From Octopus sinensis (taxonomy: Eukaryota): a stretch of DNA of 64,000 nucleotides. The stretch lies in the NCBI RefSeq assembly GCF_006345805.1, contig NC_042999.1, forward strand, positions 67,084,001 through 67,148,000. The letters run 5' to 3'. The notes beneath the pieces are model-generated. The model had not been told where the DNA came from. It saw only the letters and a list, made by a program, of their open reading frames with translations, and did no database searches. Each line of letters opens with the position of its first letter. Position 1 is the first letter of the stretch. A program made the position numbers and the translations under genes. This document shows, piece by piece, positions 40,951 to 51,512 of this stretch.

Positions 40951-43237
40951 CACACATACATACATGCACACATACACACACACATACATACATGTACATA
41001 TGTATGTATATGTGGATACATGTGTGTATATAGGTGAATGTGTTTGTTTTGTTTTTGTTTTTTTTTGTGCTTATTCATTTATAATCAATGGCTTTCTGAC
41101 AGTAATGTTTGTTTGCAGCTTACCATGGAAGCCTATCTGGGCTTCTTAACATGTCTTGACATGGTGCATGATTTTATAACCAAAATGCCCGTTCATGCTA
41201 CACCATTTGTTTCTATTTCTCTGCTTAAAATATGTCTGGGCTATTTGTTGTTCAGTAGACTGGGGGGGGGGGGTTATTATCTGCCTTAGGAACAAGTGGG
41301 GTTAGTGACAGTAAGGGTATCCAGTCATAAAAGAAAAACATAATAATAAAACTGTCCCAAATACTTACATCTGATCTATGCAAGCATAGAAAAGTAGATA
41401 TTAAAATAATGATGATGATATAAACCCATTGTTATCAAGATTGTCCCACTTACTGCTTACCTCACATGCCCTCAACCACCTTTACACACCTTTATCACCC
41501 TCACATACTGCCACATTACTTTGTTGCTCTAACACACCCTCATTGGTACCCTCAAACTCTCTCTCTCTCTCTCTCTCTCACATGCCCTCACACCACCTTC
41601 ATATCTCTTCACACCCTGCCTCATATACCCCCTCATATTTTCATTTCACCTGTTTCTCTGACCTGTTGCTAAGCAACAGGAGCAACTAGGTTTGTGGCCA
41701 TTCTGAATTGCCCTGCCTCTTTGTTGTTTAGTCCTTGATCAATCCCTGATAGAGATGTATGGTCAGAGGTGTCCCAGTCATGACCATGTCAGTTTATTTC
41801 AGTCCTAGTATGTATAGGGCTACTTTATCCAATGTGTCACCAGGACTTGATTTGAAAAAAAATTTGGCTGCTATTTCTACACACATACACATGCATACAT
41901 ACATATTTATGTATATATTGGCGAGTATGTTTGTATTTTTTTGTGCTTACTGATTTATAATCAATGGCTTTCTGACAGTAATGTTTGTTTGCAGCTTACC
42001 ATGGAAGCTTATCTGGGCTTCTTAACATGTCTTGACATGGTGTGTGATCTTTATAACCCAAAAGCCCATTCATACTGTGCCATTTATTTCCAGTTTTCTA
42101 TTTAAAACTTGTTTGTTGTTCAATAGACTGGTGGATTATTATCTGCCTTGGGAGCAAATGGGGTTAGTGACAGGAAGGGTATCCAGCCACAAAAAAAAAT
42201 AAAAAATAAATAAAACTCTGTCCCAAGTGTCTGTGCGGTAAGTAGCTTGCTTACCAACCACATGGTTCCGAGTTCAGTCCCACTGCGTGGCACCTTGGGC
42301 AAGTGTCTTCTACTATAGCCTCAGGCCAACCAAAGCCTTGTGAGTGGATTTGGTAAACGGAAACTGAATTTTACCGGTGGATTATTATCTGCTCCCAAGG
42401 CGGATAATAATCTACCAGTGAAATTATTTGAGGTAAAATTTGGCTGCTGTTTCTAGCATGTCAAACAGTCGTATAGAGGCACCATTCTAGCTGTGGCCAT
42501 CTTGACTGACTTTATTTTTTATCTTTTGAACAGTTAGGTGTGATTTGATGCAGATTTAGCTGCTATTTTTGTCGCATTAAGTGGCTACATAGAAGCTCTC
42601 TTATGTGTATAATTGATGTGTGTTATCAATATGAAACTCTGCAAAGGTAATTGAAAAGCAGAAAAATATTCCTTTCCCTACCCCCCCCTCTAGTTTTCCC
42701 CACTTCAGTCTATTTTCTTAATGTTTTGTTGTTTTTTCTTTTTGTCTTCAATCTGCTGATCAAACACATTCACTTCCTCATGTACAACCTTTAACTTTAT
42801 GATAGTGTAACATTATACTTGTAAAGCTTGGTTTTTAATATTCTTCACCTCCCCTATTTCGGAGACAATCTGATCTCCTTACGGTGTATTGATAACAGAT
42901 AATGGATAACAAGCGGGGAGGGGTGGTGGAATCTACTTCATGCACATGTTCCACATCCTCTTCATTGGTGAACTTGAGCCGTTTGGAAAGATCAGATTAC
43001 AGCTGTTTGTGGTCAGTGTCCACTGTGATATGTAAATGGATATTATGCTGGTTTCAACAATGAGGAAGGCTCCAGTTATTTGATTAAAGGAACCACCAAT
43101 TGCTTTCTAGTGTATGTTGCTAGGCACAGCTGTGGAGTTAAGGAGCTCACTTTACAATCATGTCGTTTCAGATTCAATTACACCATGTAGCACCTCGGAC
43201 AAGTGTCTTTTTCTATAGCCCTGGGCTGACCAATACC

Positions 43238-43470
43238 TATTTCTTTACTACCCACCAGGGGCTAAACACAGAGAGGAAAAACAAAGACAGACAAACGGAT
43301 TAAGTCGATTATATCGACCCCAGTTTGTAACTGGTACTTATTTAATTGACCCTGAAAGGATGAAAGGCAAAGTCAACCTTGGTGGAATTTGAACTAAGAA
43401 CGCAGCGGCAGACGAACTACTGCTAGGCATTTCGCCCGGCGTGCTAACATTTCTGCCCGCTTGCCACCTT
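43238..43470 (-). mobile_element. SINE family A long tail, nested in a family D SINE
   Basis: TSD gggctgaccaat(a/g)cc (43223-43237 / 43471-43485). Confidence 0.85.
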
Positions 43471-44805
43471 GGGCTGACCAATGCCTTGTGTGTGAATATG
43501 ATAGATGGCATCTGTGGCTGATATCCTACAACAAACATGTTACTGCTTCTTAAAGTTAGGGGATACATTTTTTTTTCCTATAAGAATTCAAGGAAGATAT
43601 TTGTGATGAAGAGATGCCAGTTGTTTCTTTTGAGGCTCTTGATTTATAACTAGTGTTTAGAAAAAAAAAAAAAAGAAAACTATTGCTGTATGATTTGTTG
43701 TTGGAGTTTAACCTCACTAAGTCCAGCCTTTAACCGGAAACTCATTGTTGTTCAGCCTTGGGTTAGTTTTGATCCAGCAGACAATGTGATCAAATTACCT
43801 GCTGTGTTGCCTTAGATTAGCACTGATCTAGCAAACTTACGGTCAAAATCATCCCACCTTTGGTCACTTCATCTTTCTTTAGTGTTTATCTTGAATCACA
43901 TTATTCTGTTGTCCTTTCCTCATTTAACTCTTCACATCCTGTTAAAATAATTCCATTGCACATGTGTGCATATGTACACACACACATACATACATACATA
44001 CATCTGACAATCTAAGGAATGGAAAATGTAAGTAAAGACTACAAATGTTTCCTAGCTAAAAACGATGTTACATATCTTGTAACATGTAACACCTGCTTAG
44101 TTAATCATCAGGTCTTATTGCCAAACTTCATTTACATATCCCTAGAAATAGTCACCTAGAAACAGACATGTTCAGTCTAATGGCATGGCATCTTGGGTAG
44201 ATGTCTTCTATTATAACCCCAGGTCAACCAAAGCTTTGTGAATGAATCTGGTATACAGAAGCTGAAAGAAGCCTGCCGTATATGTGTATATATTTCTGTG
44301 TGTGACTGTATGTCCCTGTTTTGATATCACTTGTTGTAGGTAAGTGTCACTGTCCTATAAGCAGTATCATTCATTTCCAGTAAGCCGATGCCAGTGCCTC
44401 CTCGACTGGCTTCTCTGCTGGTAGCACGTAAAAAGCACCAACCAATTGTGGCCGCTGCCAGCCCCCCCTACCCCGGCATCTGTGCTGGTGGCACGTAAAA
44501 AGCACCCACTACACTCATGGAGTGGTTGGCGTTAGGAAGGGCATCCGGCTGTAGAAACACTGCCAGATCAGACTGGAGCCCGGTGCAGCCTCCTGGCTTC
44601 CCAGACCCCGGTCGAACGATCCAACCCGTACTAGCATGGAAAACGGACGTTAAACGATGATGATGATGATGTACAAACGAATCTGGCCACAGGAAAACAA
44701 TATCTTACTTGGGAACAAGTGAGGCTTGCCTACAGGAAAGGCATCTAGCGTTAGAAAATCTTCTTTAATAAACACTGCCTGACTGATGTGAGCACGGCAA
44801 AGAGT

Positions 44806-45181
44806 GGAGGCGCAATGGCCCAGTAGTTAGGGCAGCAGACTCGCGGTCAGAGGATCGCGGTTTCGATTCCCAGACCGGGCGTTGTGTGTGTTTATTGCGC
44901 AAAAACACCTAAAGCTCCACGTGACTCTGGCAGGGGGTGGTGGCAACCCCTTTTGTACTCTTTCGCTCCAACTTTCTCTCACTCTTTCTTCCTGTTTCTT
45001 GTCCCCGACTTCCTACGCAACCGCTGAGCCTGGATGCGCATTCATCCATCCGTCGATGCTCTCGGTGTCGGAGGTTGACCTGCTTTCTCTTCTGCGGGTC
45101 TTACGAATAGCAAAAGGACCCCGTTTCGGACTTCTCCCACTGCGAGCTCTGGGACGAAGACCGCTTCGCTCAACAAACAGG
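44806..45181 (+). mobile_element. SINE family C with tRNA-Arg-like head
   Basis: ggaggcgcaatggcccagtagttagg (A box) .. gactcgcggtcagaggatcgcggtttcgattccc (B box); head resembles tRNA-Arg but lacks a proper cloverleaf end. Confidence 0.75.
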
Positions 45182-45232
45182 ATTTTAAAACAATGATGAT
45201 AATGATGACCCAATCTCAGCCAAGTTCTAGAT

Positions 45233-45474
45233 CAAAGGTTCTCAACCAGGGTCCATTATAAGAGTTTGTTGTTAAAATTTATCTGCAAAAAATTGCTTAT
45301 ATTTCTAAAACACCCAAAAATATTTTAACAATTTTTAAATACAATTCCTAATATTTAATTATAAAAATATGATTCTTTTTATATATATACCGAATGGCTG
45401 TGGGGGTCCGGTGGAATAAAATAGGAATCAAAGGGGTCCATAGGCAAAGAAAAAAAAAAGATTGAGAAACATAG
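45233..45474. mobile_element. hAT (Charlie-like) MITE
   Basis: caaaggttctcaacc..attgagaaacatag; TSD (t/c)tctagat. Related partial copy ~2991-3272. Confidence 0.7.
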
Positions 45475-45482
45475 CTCTAGAT

Positions 45483-46019
45483 CAGGGCTGGCCAATCTGA
45501 TGCCAGCGGGCTGCATGCAGTCCGCTTGATATTCTTTTGAAATGAGTTTATTTAAACAAGCATTTTAAAAATTTTATCAAAAATTAAAGATTGTAATGGA
45601 AAAGTAAAAAAGAAAGATACTACTGTTTTTGCAACAATAATATTTCATGTTGGATCAACGATCATTCTTTCATTATTGTAATAATAAGCATGAGAAAGCA
45701 AAATGCTTTCAATTCTGTCAGTATACAAGTGGCCCTCAAAAAAACTTTCTGTGATTAACCCTTTTGTTACCAACCTGGCTGAAACCGGCTCTGGCTCTGA
45801 GTACAAATGTCTTGTTTTCATAAGTTTTGAATTAAAATCTTCCACCAAACCTTAGTCATAATTTATGTTCCTAACACTAGCTGAGTGATAACTAAGTTAT
45901 TTTAATTAAATTCTTTGTTATATTTAAAGTAATTGAAAGGAACACAGAGCATCTCAAAATAAATACAGTAATGAAAGGGTTAAAGTGGCTTGTAATGTAA
46001 TTGAAGTTGGCCAGGCCTG
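45483..46019. mobile_element. hAT-like MITE carrying a nested piggyBac-like MITE
   Basis: cagggctggccaa ... ttggccaggcctg termini. Confidence 0.6.
45759..45979. mobile_element. piggyBac-like MITE family P1 (also 17570-17765, 25614-25833, partial 36107-36312)
   Basis: TTAA|cccttttgttac ... gtaatgaaaggg|TTAA. Confidence 0.8.
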
Positions 46020-46639
46020 CTCCAGTCTATGAGAAGACCTCTGGATGATTGCTCAACCTACAAGAATTAGCAACCTAATTCCTCTCAATCCACACCTTAG
46101 CATTAAAAAAGATGTCAGATAATATATTTAATTCTGAATACATTACATTATCTGAAAATAAGATGGGATGGTTGTGATTGAAATGCTTTGATCATATATA
46201 ATAGGTTTGCTTGATCAGAGCTAGCCTGGGGTTAAACAACGGCACACATCCTCATTCTACTTAGTGGGAGATTTTTTTCTCAGATGCTTTACATTATGAA
46301 ACTGGCCCTTGCTTAGTCCAAGGTTAGTTCTAAAAGAGCTGACCTGTAATCCAGCCTTAATCACACTGGTTATTAACCTAATGTACGTAGAACTGTATTA
46401 ACCAATGCTCTTCCGTCCCTACATATCTGGAGTTTGTAATGTGTAATTTGAGGGAGATTCGACTGCTATTTCTAGTTGAGTAACCATACAGAGGTTTTAG
46501 TTCACTGGTTTGGAGATAGTAGGTGTAGGAATTTTCTTATTGACTGTTTGCTAGTCACAGATTTGGCTTGTCTGGGAAGATCCAGCTGTAGTATAGGATG
46601 GTATTGTACCTAAGTAGCATTTGCTATACTCAGGGTTAT

Positions 46640-46721
46640 ATATGTACACACACACACACACAAGTTATATGTGTGTACATATACATGAATATTTGTGTGT
46701 GTATGTATATATATGTACATG

Positions 46722-46762
<41 letters not shown>

Positions 46763-46831
46763 GTATGTATATATGTGTATATATATGTATGTATATATGT
46801 GTATATATATATGTGTATATATGTGTATATA

Positions 46832-46870
<39 letters not shown>

Positions 46871-47085
46871 ATATGTGTATGTATATATGTGTATGTATAT
46901 ATGTGTATATATATGTGTATGTATATATGTGTATATATATATGTGTGTGTATATATATATATACATATATACATATATGTGTGTGTGTGTATATATATAT
47001 ATATGTACATATATACATATGTGAGTGTGTATATATATAGATATATATAATATATACACACACTATGTGTGTGTGTGTGTGTGTA
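46640..47085. repeat. Mixed (TA)n/(TG)n/(CA)n microsatellite
   Basis: Direct reading; source of many I/Y/C/V-rich pseudo-ORFs. Confidence 0.9.
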
Positions 47086-47254
47086 AACAGGGACAATGTA
47101 ACAATGCACTCTTTGAACAACTTCCTGAGACTTATCAAAAATCTATGAACTCCAAACCTTTTGACCAAATTCTATTCTGGAATTCACAGCAATAAGGTCA
47201 TTGTCTTGTCACTCAAGTTGATAGAAGTAAGTGAGAGGAAGGAAGGTATTTTAC

Positions 47255-47693
47255 ACCCCCCCACTCCCTGTCATTTGCCTTTGTCTCTCTTTCTCTTTCT
47301 TTCCCCCCTCCCTCTGGTCTGTTCACCTTTTTTCCACACTTTCTTACTCTCTCTTGTTCCCATTACACCCCTTTCTTAGTTCTTCTTTTAACCCTTTTTC
47401 AGTTCTTCTCTTAAATTCTCTTCAGACTTTTCTGTGTCTTTCCATTATTTCTCTAGCCAAACATCTTTCTCTCTCTGCCTCTTGCTAACTCCCGTCATCC
47501 CTCCCTCTTTCTCTTGTTAATACCATCTTTCCCTCTCTCATGCACTCCTTCTCTCTTTCTCTTTTCAGCTACCTCTGTCCTCACATCCCCTTCTTCCCTT
47601 CACTCCCTCCTCCCATTCCCACTTTCTGTAGCTTTCTTTTTCTCTCCCTTTAGCTCTCTCTTGCATTCTTTCTCTTTCTCCCTCTCATACCTG

Positions 47694-47724
<31 letters not shown>

Positions 47725-47890
47725 TTCCCATTACTCAGTATGTCTTCCCCGCCTCCATCCATTCCCCTCACAGAACTCAATATTTCTCCTCTTCCTCTTC
47801 CTACCACATCACACATCATCTCCTGATGCCCGCTCTGCCCCATCCCTGTCCATTCATCAATAATTCTCCCCCACCCCACCTCCCTCCTAC
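47255..47890. repeat. Long polypyrimidine (CT-rich) low-complexity tract
   Basis: ~630 nt dominated by C/T, including (CT)n. Confidence 0.8.
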
Positions 47891-48160
47891 AGAGACATAG
47901 ATTATTGACTCCAATAGCACCGAGACATAAATTCCTAGAATCCACTCTGCTATTGAGTCACTTGATATTAACACATATTGACACATTCACATGCGTGCTC
48001 ACACACTCACATGTAAGCACTTGCATGCCCACACACACACACACACACACACACAATCACTCACACACATTCTCACACATGCATAATCACATATTCACAT
48101 GCATTTTGCACAAGCACTCATTCTCTCATAATATACATTCCCACAAAAGCATTCTCTCTT

Positions 48161-48195
<35 letters not shown>

Positions 48196-49099
48196 TGATT
48201 TTCATCTTTTTTTTGTTTTTGTGCTTATTTGTTAAAATAATAAAAATTCAGCAAACTACCAACATTGAATAAGACTAAACCTAAACCCTGAGTGTGTGTG
48301 TGTGTTTGTGATCGAGTTTTTATTATTAGAGTTCCTGTTATAAAGAAGAAGGCTGGTTTCCAAGCCCCACCACTGGAATCTCAATATCAATAATAGTGAA
48401 GAATTACATGTTGAATTTTAGAAGAATCTTGTGTACTTTTACCGTTCTTCTGCTTACCGATTGTAATTCTAAAGTGTGTGTAAGCTGGTTACTTTCTTTG
48501 AGAGCTCCAGTTGATCAAGATTACCACTTAGATATTTAATAACCTAATCACATACATCAATAATTAGGGACACAAGTATTGATTTATAATTTGAGTAGAG
48601 AAGCCGTGTTTTAGCCCTTTCGGTACTGCCTGAGACTGCTCTTGGTTCTATGATACAAACTTCTTGTTTTAAAGTTATCCCCACTAATTTCAGGCCTTGT
48701 GCCTTTTGTAGAAAGAATTATTATTATTATTATTAATATTATTATTATTAATATTATTAATATTATTATTATTATTAATATTATTATTATTATTAATATT
48801 ATTGTTGTTGTTGTTGTTATTATTATCATCATTATTGTCATTATTCTGCCTAGTTCAGTTTTGCCTTTCATCTATTCGTAGTCGATAAAATAATACCAGT
48901 TGAGCACCGGGGTCGATGTAATTGACTTATCTCCTCCTCCCAAAATTGCTGGCCTTGTGCCAAATTTTGAAATTAAAATCTTCCAGCTTAATTTCCTGTT
49001 AATTTATTTTCCAAGCATCAGCTTTATATAACAACAGTTTTTCTTATCTCCCAGGAGAGTTATGTCACAAATAAGCACACATTGGTTCTCTATCACTTT

Positions 49100-49279
49100 T
49101 CCACTAACCCCCTTTTTTTTTTAACCTTTGTATGTTATGCACGTGTCTCTTCTTTTCCAGTGTACACCATGTATACTTTATTTTAATTTTTTTAAATAAA
49201 TTTATTATATGTAAACCCCCACATGTCTGTCTCTGTATTATCCTTCTCATCCTTCACCCTTGTAGCAAATAAATGAAAT
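49100..49279 (+). mobile_element. 3'UTR-only fragment of a related Tx1-like LINE
   Basis: Pyrimidine/T-rich tract ending cacccttgtagcaaataaatgaaat, the same terminal motif as the LINE at 55199-55225, followed by (ATT)n. Confidence 0.5.
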
Positions 49280-49300
49280 CATTCTTATTATTTTTATTTA

Positions 49301-49337
<37 letters not shown>

Positions 49338-49517
49338 TAAGATGGCAGAATTGTTAGCATGACAGGTGTTAGCATGAGCGGTATTTCGTCTGTCTTCACA
49401 GTCTGAGTTCAAGTTCTGCTGGGGTTGATAAATTAAGTATCAGTGAAACACTGGGGTCAATTACATCGACTGGTTCCCTCCTCACTAATTTCAGGCCTTG
49501 TGCCTTTTGTAGAAAGA

Positions 49518-49569
<52 letters not shown>

Positions 49570-49689
49570 TGCCTAGTTCAGTTTTGCCTTTCATCTATTC
49601 GTAGTCAATAAAATAATACCAGTTGAGCACTGGGGTTGATGTAATTGACTTATCCCCTCCCCCCCCCAAATTGGTGGCCTTGTGCCAAA

Positions 49690-51509
49690 GTTTTCCGAAC
49701 CGCAGAGCACGAGCTCGGTTCAAAAGGAGAATGCAAGCCAGGACGTCGCGTTCGACGTAATTCTCGATTTTCCCCCTCTGCCTTCACCTAATGCTTTGGT
49801 ACGGAAGGAGGAGGGAGAAAAAACAATTACAAAAATCATCACAAACATTGACACGGAGATAAAAGAAAAAACCTCCAACAATTTTGCTTCTGCTGCGAAG
49901 CAAATTTCGGAGGAAGTTAAGATAACTCTAGAAGATGTGAAAAGAGCGAAGGAATTGTTAAGGAAGGATGGCAATGGTATCTTCCTCAATACTCCACAAG
50001 AGGTGATTGAAAGCACCAACAAGCAAACAATAATTTACAAAGTTTTCGACAGAAAACTAAAAAGAATAACAAATGCCACACCCCAACAGTTGGAGATAGC
50101 TCTAAAGCCCATTTGGGCCCAAAAGAGCTACGTGACCAAGGGGAAGCGTTTTGGAACCGTGGAGGTTCGCTTCCCAACAGAGGAGCTTGCAAGGGCGAAC
50201 GCCATTTCGCCCTTGCAAACTGAGAATTTGTTACTAGTTCCGACCCACCTCGGGCGAAGAGTAGCAAAAATAAAAATCGACCTCGTCCCCCCTGAGCTAA
50301 ATATGTCATGGCTGGTGGCAGCTGTCCTCTATGATATAGAGGACACTACCACCATTCTAGATGTCAGGAGAGTGAGGGCGAAAAACTGGTTGGGGATGGG
50401 AGTGCTGCTTCTTGCGCAAATTCAGCAAGAGAATATAAGTAAAATCCCTGATTTCGTAAGTTTGCCGGACGGCACCAGGCTAAACGTTGCTGTGGAGGGG
50501 CGAAAGCCAAAATTTTTTCTCTGCAGCAGCGAAAGCCACTTAAAGAGGGACTGTCCCATTCACAAAAGAGGATGGAGGCTTTCAGCAAGAGGCAGCAGCA
50601 CACACAACACAACAACAACAACAACACAACACAACAACAACAACAACAACAACAGCAACAACAACAGAAACAACAAAAACAGCAAGAAACACCAAAGGCT
50701 GCCACACCACCAACACCATCACCAACACCAGCACCAAGACGAACAACACCACCTCCAACAACAACAACCACCACCAAACCAACACCGACAACCACCAGCA
50801 AACCAACACCGACACCAGTACCTCGAAGGTCGACAGCAGCGACATCAACAGTAACAGGAGCAGCGGCACCACCGATACCGGCGGAACCAAAAACTTTTCG
50901 TCCTGCTACTGAAGCAGACCCCTCAACCATTCCTTTGCCGGATGAAGAGATCTCGGATTGTGCGAGCTCTGATTCCAACAAAGGAGAATGGAACATAGTA
51001 CCCCCAAAAAAGAAAAGGAGGAAAAAACAAAAAGATTTACAGGGGAAGCACGAACAAACAGTACTTCCCAACATCAACAACAACATCAACAACACACACT
51101 CACAACAACAAACAACAACACAACAACACTTTCGACACCACTACTGCCACTACCACAGACACAAACAAACACAGACACAATTACAGACACGATTACAGCA
51201 GTGAATACAAGAAACCAGGAACTGGTTGAGTATTTGAAAAACAAAACAAGCACAAACATTACAGATTTCATAATACCTACACACAACACACCACCAGCAC
51301 ACATTCTCACAATAAAAATAAACAAAACAGTTTACAACGAAATAAAACAAATATTCCCTAACGATGTGGGATCGTTAGGGAAAAGTTTCTCTCAGAAACT
51401 TTACAAAATATTATTGAAGCACCCGTGCAAAAGCACAAGGGAGCCACCCCCACCACCAACAACAGTAAGTAGAGCCTTTTTTCTCCTTTTTTTTCCCCCT
51501 AACTTTTGA
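49690..51509 (+). pseudogene. LINE ORF1 (RRM-like region + degenerate CCHC knuckle + Q/T/P low complexity), split over three frames, no start codon
   Basis: Frames 49682-50854, 50572-51204 and 50988-51509 join into one protein if one A is restored near 50564-50567 and one near 51022-51033; knuckle KPK(F)FLCSSESHLKRDCP; basic W..VPPKKKRRKK motif; stop TGA at 51507-51509. Confidence 0.75.
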
Positions 51510-51512
51510 AAC

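Noticed and set aside
41130-41175. Minus-strand peptide HAPCQDMLRSP resembling LTA4H PCQDTP
   Set aside because: Wrong strand, four-residue match, coincidental.
42960-43110. Minus-strand HITVDTDHKQL resembling the Ty3/gypsy RNase H TDHKPL motif
   Set aside because: Single short motif with stops and no flanking RT, integrase or LTR support.
44806-44882. Possible tRNA gene
   Set aside because: Lacks a complete acceptor stem and Pol III terminator and continues into SINE body.
46274-46322. Possible micro-exon ag|atgctttacattatgaaactggccc..caag|gttagt as LTA4H exon 3
   Set aside because: Phase 2 entry gives an immediate stop and there is no ALQW/SQCQ similarity.
46598-47168. Cluster of 109-167-aa ORFs rich in I/Y/C/V/T/H (also ~13460-13830, 20883-21221, 27534-27851, 38520-38845, 40778-41149)
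   Set aside because: Translations of TA/TG/CA microsatellites.
50364-51095. 243-aa minus-strand ORF with poly-Cys/Val
   Set aside because: Antisense of the CAA/CCA-rich ORF1 linker.
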